DNA of 28,129 nucleotides from a virus (lineage: Duplodnaviria > Caudoviricetes). Positions within the stretch are counted from its first letter, which is position 1. Every line of letters begins with the position of its first letter. The notes below the pieces were generated by a model. That model was not told the DNA's origin. It saw only the letters and a list, made by a program, of their open reading frames with translations, and did no database searches. The position numbers and the translations under genes were made by a program. Below are positions 9,684 through 18,891 of this stretch, piece after piece. The stretch is taken from positions 1-28,129 of IMG/VR virus record IMGVR_UViG_3300018035_000041; one strand, 5' to 3'.

Positions 9684-10279
9684 TATTTTGCAAAACCTCC
9701 GAAGCCGGGAATACCAAAACCTCCGGCGAGACCGGCTGCCGATCCCGCGATGCCAAGTCCCTTGCCGAGCGTGCCCATCCAAGCCGGTCCTGCTTGCCCC
9801 GCTTGAACTCCAGCCTCAATGTCGCCCTTCTCCTGCCCCATCGCATCCAGCATCCCGCTCGTATCGGTCTTGTACATCCCGCCGAGGCCGGACGCGCCCT
9901 GCTGTGTTTGTTCCTGTTGAAGGTTGGCATTGTTGGCTGCGATGTTCTCGCTTGCCCCTGCGCGGGCTTTCATGGCGTTACGGCTGGCGTCGTCCATAGA
10001 CGCACCGAACGCTCCGGCGTTGTGCATGGCACCAGCACGTTGGGCTGCGCCGCCCTCAAAGGCCGACAATGCCCCGCCTGCTCCCCCGGAAGCCGCTGCG
10101 TTCATAGCAGAAATTCCCTGCTGGCCATAGCCTTGGGGGTGAAGCATTTCTTGTGTGAGGAAAGGTGTCAGGTTAGCGTTGATGCCCTGCGCTTCGCCGC
10201 CGAGCATACCGGCGGTATTGAACGCCTGGCCGTAGGCTGCGTTTGCTTGGCCAACTCCTGGATTCGTGAACAAGCCCAC
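9683..10279 (-). CDS. Probable ejection protein 1 (P22 gp7-like position), 198 aa
   Basis: GTG start with GAGGTG SD; Gly/Ala/Gln/Met-rich with a C-terminal glycine zipper (GTLGKGLGIAGSAAGLAGGFG). Confidence 0.65.
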   Translation of the reverse strand: MGLFTNPGVGQANAAYGQAFNTAGMLGGEAQGINANLTPFLTQEMLHPQGYGQQGISAMNAAASGGAGGALSAFEGGAAQRAGAMHNAGAFGASMDDASRNAMKARAGASENIAANNANLQQEQTQQGASGLGGMYKTDTSGMLDAMGQEKGDIEAGVQAGQAGPAWMGTLGKGLGIAGSAAGLAGGFGIPGFGGFAK

Positions 10280-10390
10280 TTGGCACCTCGTCCGCTATGG
10301 GCCGCTGCGGTGCGGTGTCTCGGCAGGGCTAAAAAGCGCCGCTCACCCGTTCTTGGAAAGATTATACCGTATTCCCTGTAAAATCAATTC
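10280..10390 (-). promoter_or_regulatory. Putative internal promoter and structured leader for the ejection genes
   Basis: Consensus TATAAT at 10361-10366 (minus) in a 104-nt gap; -35 poorly spaced (TTGATT-N15); two hairpins downstream. Confidence 0.45.
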
Positions 10391-10938
10391 CTGATTGCTG
10401 CCTTGCCAAGCCCTTGAAACGCTTGGCCGCCATTGGTTGCCGTGCCGGACCCCGTTCCCTTGGGAATATCGGCGTTCGTTGTCCCGCTCATCGTGAATTT
10501 TACTGTCGACGTAGGCTTTGAAGGTGGTCCGCCCGGATATTGCACGTAGGAGGCCGCGTAGTATGTGTGCGGAGTTGAATCGCTTCCGTTCGTAGGCAAA
10601 AATACAGGCGCGGACGATCTGGAAGCTCCATGATCGTGAATCATTGCACCGTTGAAGGTGGAATCGTTCGCGGAGATTTCTGTGAAATATCGCGCCCCCC
10701 GAATGATCGGCGCGGTATGGGTAATATCCAGTTTCACGTGCTCTGGGCCTACCGGAGTCACCGTAAGCGATTGTGGGGGCGCGGGTGGCTTGACGGACTT
10801 CGACGTGCCTACCGCAGCCCCCTGAGCAACGTTCTGAATAGTGGGCAGCACATAGCGCCTCAAAAACACGCCGAGCTTCGTGGCCGCGCCGCCCTGATTC
10901 TCGAACTCTTGGAGCAATGCGTTGCCGGGTATCGTCAT
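10384..10938 (-). CDS. Tail protein with FN3-like domain, 184 aa
   Basis: Start at ATGA overlap with the 1383-aa gene (MTIPGN). PPAPPQSLTVTPVG...Y..EIS...YYAASYVQ...SKP fits a fibronectin type III pattern. Confidence 0.65.
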   Translation of the reverse strand: MTIPGNALLQEFENQGGAATKLGVFLRRYVLPTIQNVAQGAAVGTSKSVKPPAPPQSLTVTPVGPEHVKLDITHTAPIIRGARYFTEISANDSTFNGAMIHDHGASRSSAPVFLPTNGSDSTPHTYYAASYVQYPGGPPSKPTSTVKFTMSGTTNADIPKGTGSGTATNGGQAFQGLGKAAIRN

Positions 10939-13900
10939 TTTATCCCCAGTACGGCGCTCCACGGAGCTTTCCGCGCGCGCAGCATGATATTCGAGAGTGT
11001 CCAGCCTGGATTGCCGTCGTTCTGTCGCCACTCAAAAAATGTGCGTGTAGCGATGAAATTCAGTGAAGCATAAGCGTTTCGGAGAGGTTGCAACCCCGGC
11101 GCGAATCCACCCGGCACAGACAGCGTGTTATATCCGGCAGGCTCAGGGAAGTAGAGATATTCCCCTAGCAACCGAAGATTCACACTGCCACCTGAAGTCA
11201 ATCCTTGCGAGATATAGCTCCAGCAGACTCGATCCTGACCCAATTGCGGCATTTCTGCACGCTTGGCAAGATTCGGTAAATCCGATCCAGTATAGAGCGA
11301 GTCAAGAGGTGTCCCGTCGTCAGTTGCATTCTGTGTCGGGTCAAGGAAGTAAACCAGAGAATTTCCCTGTCCGTTGCCAAAGCGCGTTTGTTCGCCATTC
11401 ACGCCCTGCACGGTCGTAGCGTAGGGCGATTGGACTCCACCGTACCACAGAGACCACTTGCGCCGCATATCAATGGCCGCAAGCGTCCCGAACATGGTTG
11501 TGTGCATCTGAGGCATGGCCTTCAGTTCTTCGCCAGAATCAATTCCTTGGAAATTGAGCATCAGAACCACATTGGGTGAAGTCGGCGCGGCATTGGTTGG
11601 CGCATTCGGCAACCAGAAATTCGGTGTCGGCAACGGGATACCGACCATGAGCCGCCGTGCCTTCAGGTTGACATCTACCCAGATCGAACTCGCGGCATTC
11701 CAGTTGATCGCATCCCACACCTGCTGTACTTCTTGCGTGATCTTTCCCGGTTGACCTCCAGTAAAGAGATAGAGTCCGGCGCGCGATGCGGCAACAAACC
11801 ACTGCTCTCCACCGGCCCACGCAAACGGCCCTAGCGCCCCTCCAGATCGCTGCGACACCTCCGGCTCATCCCAATCGGCAGGCTCAAGCGACGGCGACGC
11901 CTGGAGCGAGTAAAGGCTACTTCCTGGCGATTTTCCGCCCCAACCCTTTGCGACATAATGCGTGTCGTAAAGGACGGTTGCCGCCTGCACTGGATGTTGG
12001 TTTTCACTGGTATAAAGAACGTTGCCGCTCACTCCGTCTACCATCGTCGGCAAGCCCGCGTAGGACCAATACTCAGTGGTGAGCAGCACTGGAATATCTG
12101 TATCGAAGAGGTCGCCACGGTCAATCTCGACGTCGGCCCCGTTAGGCAGGTTCGCCGCATAGATTTGGATTACCGCATTCGATGGGATCGAAGTGAGGGC
12201 GGGGTCCGGGAGCAGAACGCCGCTGAATCTGGCAAAAGATGTGGTCAGGTCCGAGAGCGGCAGGGAATAACTGCCGAGCACCTTCGTCCCGGACATCAGA
12301 GCATAAACCAGCGATCCTCCCTCAGTCGTAATTCCTGAAGGGCACCGAGCCGTCACGCGCACGGAGTATCCCGTGTTTGGCTCGAAAATCGGCTCCAGGT
12401 ACGCATCGAGATACGCAGTCTGCTGAATCAGTCCGGCTTGAGCCAGAGGGCCTCCGCTGGTATTCGAGATATAGTAAGAATTCCCGAAAATCGGGCTTAC
12501 ATTCAATCGCCCGTAAATATCGGGCTGAGACCAGCCGAGCGGGACCGGCGCGGTCGCTTGCAGGTATCCGCCGTCAAAGCTCATGTTGACGAGGTTTTGA
12601 ATCTTGTTGAGGGGCTGGCCGTAGCAGTTGCGGGAATCGTAGGCTGAAACGTAAGTCGGATCGCCAATCTCGATCAGGTTGAAAAGGTTGTAGCCGTACA
12701 CATCGACCGCCAGGCCAGCGGTGAGGACATCTTCGGGGAAACTCAGCGTGGTAGATGTGCTCGTGTTATCGTTGACGAAAAATGCCGTCGCGGTGTAACT
12801 GACATTTTCGTTAAAATACTCGACGGGGTTTGGCAGCGTGAAGAAGTTCGCTCCCGGCACTCCGTCCTGTCCAGATTCCGTCAGAATGATTCCCCGCCCT
12901 CGCACGTTTGGCGGACCTATTGGCAGTCCGGTTACCGCGATTCCAGTTGTGTTTTCCGGGACCGCAAAAGTAACCGGCGGGGCGGGCGCGGTGTAGGAGC
13001 CGTCTCTGAGAATAAAAAAGACGCTGCCCTGCTTCGTCCCTGAGCCGATCAGTTGTGAATTTGCGGCAACGTAAGTAAGCTTCCCACCCACCGTCGTGTT
13101 GCCGTAAATCGGGCTGGTCAGAGTCCCCACCGTGGTGATGCCGGGATCGAACGCGAAGATCGTTCCGGCAGTTGTAGCCGTGCCCTCTTCCGGCGGCGGC
13201 GTCCCTGTCGTGTTTGGTGCTGAAGTGGCAATCGTGAAAGTTCCGCTCAACAGAGTACCGGAGAAGTAGAGGACGCCCGTCTGCGTTCCCGCGCTGGTGG
13301 TCAGCGTGATGCTGGTCGCCGAGTTGACGGTGAAGATCACATAATCGACGCCGCCGATTTCGATAGTTTCGCCCGAAACCAACGTCGAGAATTGATTACC
13401 GCTCAGCCACGTTACCGCAGTTCCCGAAGTGCTCACCGTCCCGCCATAAGCGGACGACGAAGCGATAGTCAGGTTGGTACCGTTAAGGAGATTGTTGTCG
13501 TTGATGACATTGGTAATCGTCACCCGTTGCCCGGCGACCGGCGGCGCTCCGCTCACGACGGTAAAGCTGTAGGTAGCGACCCCTCCGGTTACGGACGCAG
13601 ATGTGATTTCGAGAACGCCGGAGTTGAGCGCCTGAGAGATAGTCCAGGTGGAATCCCATGCGCTCGGAGTCGCCCCAGAGATGGTAACCTGATTCCCCAC
13701 CGCCAGGCCGGGAACGGGAACCTGCATCGTCATGGTTGCGACGGAAAGCTGATACTGCCCGGCGGCTTCGATGGCCTGCTGGTAGTTCGACATGGGCAGG
13801 TTGACGGTAAAGTAGTAGCGGAAGTGGTCGACTCCCGGAGGCAGGATGTTTCCAACCCCAGTGACAAGAAACGTCCCGTTCCCGAATGGCGCGCCGCTGA

Positions 13901-15086
13901 TATATGCGTAGACCGCCTGCCCTGAATTGAAGGCATTGACCAGAACTAAATCCTGCGCTTCGGGCTGTGGTGCTCCGCTATAGAACGAAGGCGAGTAAAA
14001 CACCGTCAGCACGACGCCGGGAGCCGTGGAGTCAGGCCCGGACGATTGCTGCAAAACGCTCAGGTGCCCAGGATCGGTAATATCTGAGTTGGCCGGATTC
14101 TGCGTGATCCTCGCAATCGCAAACGTATTGCTGGACGCCTGCACGGGAGTAAAAGAGGGAGCCGCGCCCGGCCCCACCTGCGTAATTCTGTCCGCATAAG
14201 TCGGCGTCCATTGAAGCGGCATGTCCGAGCCGCCGGGAATCAGCGGATTCACGAATGCCATGTACTCGACGCCTTCTCCTTCAATCGCAACCGCCATCGA
14301 CCCCGGCGCGATGCCGCTGCGAGAAAGCGTAATGGCGTTTGGAGCCGTGTCGAGCGACTCAACCCAAAGATTTCCTCCCTGATCCATGACACGGTTGTAG
14401 CGCAAGCCGTCTTGATTCGTAAACGTTTCAAGTGGCTGCATCGTCTGCAAACCCGTATTTACGCCGATCGTCACCTGAACATTTTTAGCGAACCCTGCTG
14501 CCCCCGTGTACCCTTCACTTGCTAGAAGTGTAAAGCGCACTCCAAACGTGACAGCGTTGATTGCCGGAACGCTCAAAAATACATTCCAAAGATCGGTTAA
14601 ATCTCCAAAAGTTATGGTTGCAGGCAACAAAGAAATAGGACTCGTTTTAGTGGCCAACACAACGCCATCAGAAATCAATTGCGCTTGAAGAGTCGCCGGG
14701 TGTGTCGAATATGCTTCTGCTAGCACCTGGATACCGGATATCGTGTCGGACACTGAGAGATTAAAGCTATATTCCGTTGCATCGATACTGTTTGCAGATG
14801 AGGCAGGCCTAAAAGAAGCGTACCCTGTCGCGGAAGACAGCAAAGCACCGACATTGTTCCAAGTAGAGCTATTTGCAACCGCTCCGTTGTTTGGCCCTGC
14901 CGCAGCGGTTGATGGATTGTAAACACGTGTCAGACCGTCGCGGGTTTTTGATTGCCCGACATTGTAATCCGTGTTGTAGGTGCGTGGTGATGCGCCTTCC
15001 GGCAAACTCTCTGGTACGGCAAGAGTTACCAAACCGCCCAGAGAGGTTACCGGAACTGTTGCTTCACCTGGACTGACACCGTGCAT
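10935..15086 (-). CDS. Large tail nozzle/tubular protein (P22 gp10 / T7 gp12 position) with inserted beta domains, 1383 aa
   Basis: N-terminal SLGGLVT...ESLPEGASPRTYNTDY.VG..KTRDG and C-terminal SRAGLYLFTGG...ITQEVQQVWDAINW...VLMLNF...KWS resemble nozzle beta-propeller proteins; follows the adaptor gene. Confidence 0.7.
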   Translation of the reverse strand: MHGVSPGEATVPVTSLGGLVTLAVPESLPEGASPRTYNTDYNVGQSKTRDGLTRVYNPSTAAAGPNNGAVANSSTWNNVGALLSSATGYASFRPASSANSIDATEYSFNLSVSDTISGIQVLAEAYSTHPATLQAQLISDGVVLATKTSPISLLPATITFGDLTDLWNVFLSVPAINAVTFGVRFTLLASEGYTGAAGFAKNVQVTIGVNTGLQTMQPLETFTNQDGLRYNRVMDQGGNLWVESLDTAPNAITLSRSGIAPGSMAVAIEGEGVEYMAFVNPLIPGGSDMPLQWTPTYADRITQVGPGAAPSFTPVQASSNTFAIARITQNPANSDITDPGHLSVLQQSSGPDSTAPGVVLTVFYSPSFYSGAPQPEAQDLVLVNAFNSGQAVYAYISGAPFGNGTFLVTGVGNILPPGVDHFRYYFTVNLPMSNYQQAIEAAGQYQLSVATMTMQVPVPGLAVGNQVTISGATPSAWDSTWTISQALNSGVLEITSASVTGGVATYSFTVVSGAPPVAGQRVTITNVINDNNLLNGTNLTIASSSAYGGTVSTSGTAVTWLSGNQFSTLVSGETIEIGGVDYVIFTVNSATSITLTTSAGTQTGVLYFSGTLLSGTFTIATSAPNTTGTPPPEEGTATTAGTIFAFDPGITTVGTLTSPIYGNTTVGGKLTYVAANSQLIGSGTKQGSVFFILRDGSYTAPAPPVTFAVPENTTGIAVTGLPIGPPNVRGRGIILTESGQDGVPGANFFTLPNPVEYFNENVSYTATAFFVNDNTSTSTTLSFPEDVLTAGLAVDVYGYNLFNLIEIGDPTYVSAYDSRNCYGQPLNKIQNLVNMSFDGGYLQATAPVPLGWSQPDIYGRLNVSPIFGNSYYISNTSGGPLAQAGLIQQTAYLDAYLEPIFEPNTGYSVRVTARCPSGITTEGGSLVYALMSGTKVLGSYSLPLSDLTTSFARFSGVLLPDPALTSIPSNAVIQIYAANLPNGADVEIDRGDLFDTDIPVLLTTEYWSYAGLPTMVDGVSGNVLYTSENQHPVQAATVLYDTHYVAKGWGGKSPGSSLYSLQASPSLEPADWDEPEVSQRSGGALGPFAWAGGEQWFVAASRAGLYLFTGGQPGKITQEVQQVWDAINWNAASSIWVDVNLKARRLMVGIPLPTPNFWLPNAPTNAAPTSPNVVLMLNFQGIDSGEELKAMPQMHTTMFGTLAAIDMRRKWSLWYGGVQSPYATTVQGVNGEQTRFGNGQGNSLVYFLDPTQNATDDGTPLDSLYTGSDLPNLAKRAEMPQLGQDRVCWSYISQGLTSGGSVNLRLLGEYLYFPEPAGYNTLSVPGGFAPGLQPLRNAYASLNFIATRTFFEWRQNDGNPGWTLSNIMLRARKAPWSAVLGIK

Positions 15087-15964
15087 TAGAACGCTCCAAA
15101 CGGATACTCGGCATGGAAACCAATTACATCGGCAGGCATAGCTCCTGCCGCCACTTCGCCCGGCGTTCCCATCGTAAACGCCCTCACCTGCAACCCGATA
15201 TTCGTTTGCACGATATTGGTGCTGTAGGAAAGAAGCGATCCGCTGAGCGTATACAAATCCAGTAAATTAGGCCCAGCCAGAGGCCCGATTCCAGCAATGG
15301 GACGAGGAAGGCCCAACTGATTCACAAAGCCGGGACGGATAATCACACCGCCCGTCACGTAGGTAGGCTGGACAGTCATCGTGGCATAGAGGTTGGTCTG
15401 GCCAACGTTTGGCGCGGTGATCGAGGCCGTTACCGTGCTTGCCGTCGCGGACGCAGTGGTGTAAAGGCCGTTCAGGTACGTATATGCACCGGTGAATCCC
15501 TGCACCACAACCGCCTGCCCCCCGCCCGTAGTCAACGAGTTTACGACATTGAACGTGACCACGCTGGAAGTGATAGAAAACCCGGTGATGATGAGTAGAC
15601 CACCCGCACCAGTGTTGACGGTCGTGGTGATCGTGGCGCTGATGCCCGCCGAGGGCGCGATGGCCGTAGCAACCGCTGCGGTTGTCGCTGTCCCGCCGGA
15701 GCCTGGGTTGACTACCGTAACGGTGGCGATAGCCCCCGACGACACCGTTGCAACATTGAGGATGGCTCCAGGCGCGTTGGCGACGGTGAGCAGATCACCC
15801 ACGACCCATCCAGAACCGCCTGCTACGACCGTTCCAGTGTTGATGCTGCCGGGGGCGATGATGGGAATTGCGTTGCCCTTAACGCGCAGTGTACGGTTAG
15901 TTTTGTCGATACCGGCGAGCGTGAAGTCGCTGACCTGAAGTATGAATTGTGCCTGGTTTGCCAT
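15086..15964 (-). CDS. Virion structural/decoration protein, 292 aa, Thr/Val/Gly/Ala-rich
   Basis: GAGGAGG SD; VVAGGSGW.VGD...VTVVNPGSG repeats common in phage structural proteins; TAATG-coupled to the next gene. Confidence 0.7.
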   Translation of the reverse strand: MANQAQFILQVSDFTLAGIDKTNRTLRVKGNAIPIIAPGSINTGTVVAGGSGWVVGDLLTVANAPGAILNVATVSSGAIATVTVVNPGSGGTATTAAVATAIAPSAGISATITTTVNTGAGGLLIITGFSITSSVVTFNVVNSLTTGGGQAVVVQGFTGAYTYLNGLYTTASATASTVTASITAPNVGQTNLYATMTVQPTYVTGGVIIRPGFVNQLGLPRPIAGIGPLAGPNLLDLYTLSGSLLSYSTNIVQTNIGLQVRAFTMGTPGEVAAGAMPADVIGFHAEYPFGAF

Positions 15965-16021
15965 GTTGAGTGCGCCTCCTCAGCGCAACAAATTACGGGT
16001 TGTGGACGCTCCTCGCGCCAG

Positions 16022-16861
16022 TTAAAACCATGCCCAGGGGATCAGAAAATCGGTAGTGGCAGCCGCTCCAAATTCCCCGCGCTCATTTTCCGCGCTTTGC
16101 CGTTCGCGCACGGATTCAAGCCTCAATTTTCCCATCGATTCCTGCTCAGCATCCTTCGCCACTGGCAACAATTCCGGTGCGAACCGCCGCGCATACCGCA
16201 CTAGCATCTTGTCCGCGATAGCGTTCAGACTGTCGAGGATCGGAACGTAGGCCGTCGAGAAGTCAATGACGCTGGCGGCTGTGCTCAGGAATGGCGGAAA
16301 CGTGATTCTACAGCGGATGCGCAAGTCAATCTCTGACAAGCAACCTGAAAGCCATAGCGCCCCTTGACGCATCTCCCAGCCGCTCATGAGTAAGCCTTGC
16401 AACGCTCCTGGGATTCCGGCCGGGTAGTGATGACATTCTCCAAACGCAAACCCGCTATTCGTCACGCGCTGATTAACTGCTAGTATCCGCGAGAGGCCGA
16501 TAGGCAGTGTCCATTGCGGGTGCCACTGATACCCGTCAAAGTATCCGGCATATCCAAGCGCCACCTGTACGGAAGCATCAGGCTGCGTTAGAGCCGGAAG
16601 GCCGCTCACAATCCAGTTGTCGAGAATCAACTCTGGCGATCCGACATTACGAAGTTCAGCAAAGGTATCCAGGCAGGCAGCATTGAGCAATACCAAAATG
16701 TCTGGATTGGTATCGTTCATCACCAGACCGCCGCCGCCGCCCTGTCCAGTGCCGCTTCCCATGCTGTTTGAGAAGGTATCGTTGATTTGAGCGCGAAAGA
16801 GGTCGCAGATTCCCTGCAACGAAGGATAGCGCTGGTTGCCGCCAATAATCGCCTGACTCAT
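16022..16861 (-). CDS. Probable head-tail adaptor (P22 gp4 / T7 gp11 position), 279 aa
   Basis: Helical N-terminus (LQGICDLFRAQIND...LLNAACLD), beta middle (WTLPIGLSRIL), helical C-terminus; called from position. Confidence 0.55.
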   Translation of the reverse strand: MSQAIIGGNQRYPSLQGICDLFRAQINDTFSNSMGSGTGQGGGGGLVMNDTNPDILVLLNAACLDTFAELRNVGSPELILDNWIVSGLPALTQPDASVQVALGYAGYFDGYQWHPQWTLPIGLSRILAVNQRVTNSGFAFGECHHYPAGIPGALQGLLMSGWEMRQGALWLSGCLSEIDLRIRCRITFPPFLSTAASVIDFSTAYVPILDSLNAIADKMLVRYARRFAPELLPVAKDAEQESMGKLRLESVRERQSAENERGEFGAAATTDFLIPWAWF

Positions 16862-16951
16862 CGCACCCTTTCAACTCCATTCGGGATGGGCGGCGGCGAC
16901 AGCCAAGGGAGACAGTCCTGAGAGCACGGCTCCCACCCCGAATGAAGACCG

Positions 16952-17755
16952 TTAGACCACCGGAGCGGTCAAAAGTTCTTCCATCTCTTCCTTCGTGATA
17001 GCCTTTGCCTGATACGCACGAAGTGCATCAATCACACACAGCTTGTCCGTCACGCTCGACTTGTGGAAAGCCAGACCTTGCGCAACCGAGTCACCGCAGT
17101 TCGGGCAGGTGGCCAGCACCTTGCGGTTGCCACGATGCCAGTCTGCCGTTAGACCGAGCGCGTCCATCGCGTCGGCCACATCTTCATGCTCTCGCAGAAA
17201 GTCGGCCAGATACTTCGATCCGCGCGCTGCGGCTCGGAAGGCCAGATCGGTCAGCCGGCGATACCGCTTATCCCTCAGCGACTCGGCTCGGCGAATATCC
17301 TGCTCGGTCGGCGGATTCGTCCGGCTCGGCCAAAGTCCTTGCGCGAGAAGATTCACACCTTCCGACATAGTGGCCTGGTCTGCCCCTGTAAACCAGTCGC
17401 CATTGCCGCCGAGCGGATGTTCGGGATGGAGAAGTCCAATCGCGGCCCGCCAACCATCCTCATAATCGATTCGCTTGCCCCCACGCTCCAGGTCCGGAGA
17501 AGCCTGCGGAACCGGGTCGGGAACGGTCGTTGCCAGCACGTACCTCTCGCCGTTCAAACATCCGAGGAGCTCGGTTGAAGGGAAAAGCGTCTGGTTGACC
17601 ATCTTCGTGCGGCGCGCGCAGGAGAAGATGAAAATCTTCCCGTCGATGTGATAACGCACTGGTCCGCCAAAGTTTGTCCCAAACTCCTCTGAGTTCTTGG
17701 CCCGCATCTCGCCCGCCGATGGGCCTTTCTCGAAAATCGTCTTATCCTTTGCCAT
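16952..17755 (-). CDS. Hypothetical protein, 267 aa, with C-terminal CPNC...H...C zinc-binding motif
   Basis: Start moved to ATG 17755 behind AAGGAGACAG; long ORF in operon orientation. Confidence 0.75.
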   Translation of the reverse strand: MAKDKTIFEKGPSAGEMRAKNSEEFGTNFGGPVRYHIDGKIFIFSCARRTKMVNQTLFPSTELLGCLNGERYVLATTVPDPVPQASPDLERGGKRIDYEDGWRAAIGLLHPEHPLGGNGDWFTGADQATMSEGVNLLAQGLWPSRTNPPTEQDIRRAESLRDKRYRRLTDLAFRAAARGSKYLADFLREHEDVADAMDALGLTADWHRGNRKVLATCPNCGDSVAQGLAFHKSSVTDKLCVIDALRAYQAKAITKEEMEELLTAPVV

Positions 17756-17765
17756 GCTGTCTCCT

Positions 17766-18467
17766 TTACGCGATAGAGGCCATGCCGCGCCCATACTGAG
17801 ACGCTATTCTCATAGCCTGTTCCATTTGTTTTTCGATGATTTCAGCCCGCTTCTGTACGAGCTGCCAACTACGCTTGACTCGGCAATCGTGCATCAAATC
17901 CTTGCGGACTCTCGCCTCCTCTTTTTCTTCCCGCTCTTTGCGCTGCGCAACCGCCTCAAGTTTTTCGGAGATTGTAAGTGAGCGCCACGCTTTCAGCATC
18001 GGGACTAAAAGATCGAGAATCAGTCCGCATGGTTCCATCCTGTGCGTGATATACTTGGCTTTCAGAACCCGCACCGGCACCATCACCTTTGTCTTGTGGT
18101 TGAAGAAGTATTCAATCTGTTCTTCTTTGACCGTTTCCTGATACATAAATGGCTTGAGAAGCCGATACCGACCCCGCTGCGGAAAACTGCCCACGTCGAG
18201 CAAACCTGTGTCAAGTTGACGGTATTGGTACTCCCATTCGAGTGGGTCACCATGCGATTCTGGAGACTCCCAGATCATCAGTGCCCAGCAAGGAGGCCCA
18301 GGTACTGCCGGACGCTTGCGGTAGCCCACAAAGCCGTCTGAGAACCTGCCGCCAACGATCATGCGCGGCTCAGTTGACCAGACGAGCTTGAAGATCGGCT
18401 CGCCGAAGCGGTTCATGCCGCCGATGCGCTCAAGGGCGCTGTTGAACCAGGCAGGGGCGCGTCTCAC
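17766..18467 (-). CDS. Hypothetical phage protein, 233 aa
   Basis: GTGA overlap with the GroES-like gene; charged helical C-terminus. Confidence 0.75.
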   Translation of the reverse strand: MRRAPAWFNSALERIGGMNRFGEPIFKLVWSTEPRMIVGGRFSDGFVGYRKRPAVPGPPCWALMIWESPESHGDPLEWEYQYRQLDTGLLDVGSFPQRGRYRLLKPFMYQETVKEEQIEYFFNHKTKVMVPVRVLKAKYITHRMEPCGLILDLLVPMLKAWRSLTISEKLEAVAQRKEREEKEEARVRKDLMHDCRVKRSWQLVQKRAEIIEKQMEQAMRIASQYGRGMASIA

Positions 18468-18877
18468 TGCTCTTTCTCCAGTTCAGTGCGAAGTTCTTCT
18501 GCTGCCAGCGCATTTGAGATTGCTGGGTTTTTTTCATAAGAGCGCAGAGAGCGCCCCAGCAGATCGCCGACATACAACTCCAGATACTCTGGCAGGTCGG
18601 AACGATTCTGATCGCTAGGAAGCAGGTAGATACGCCCAGCATAGGCTGTATCAGGATCGAAGAATACCTCGTCGCCAACTTGGACCGGCATCTCGATAAA
18701 GACGCCCGCCATGGCCACACCGTCGCCCACGGCTTTGACAATGCCACGGTCAGAGCGATATTTCACGCGCTCATCGTCGAGCGGGATTTCGATGCTGGAG
18801 GACTGCTGAAAGATTTCCTTGATCGGCGTAACCTGCACGATCACGCGGTCGAGAAATGGCTTGCGCTGAAATTGCAT
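18464..18877 (-). CDS. groES: GroES/Cpn10-like co-chaperonin, 137 aa
   Basis: KPFLDRVIV...SSIEIP...RGIVKAVGDG...VQVGDEVFF...Y.G...EYLELYVGDLLG matches the Cpn10 pattern; AAGGAG SD before ATG 18877. Confidence 0.85.
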   Translation of the reverse strand: MQFQRKPFLDRVIVQVTPIKEIFQQSSSIEIPLDDERVKYRSDRGIVKAVGDGVAMAGVFIEMPVQVGDEVFFDPDTAYAGRIYLLPSDQNRSDLPEYLELYVGDLLGRSLRSYEKNPAISNALAAEELRTELEKEQ

Positions 18878-18891
18878 GTTGTCTCCTTGTC

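Noticed and set aside
10935-15086. Tape measure protein or intein in the 1383-aa ORF
   Set aside because: The protein is beta-rich rather than helical and shows no intein splice motifs; the size is explained by inserted beta modules.
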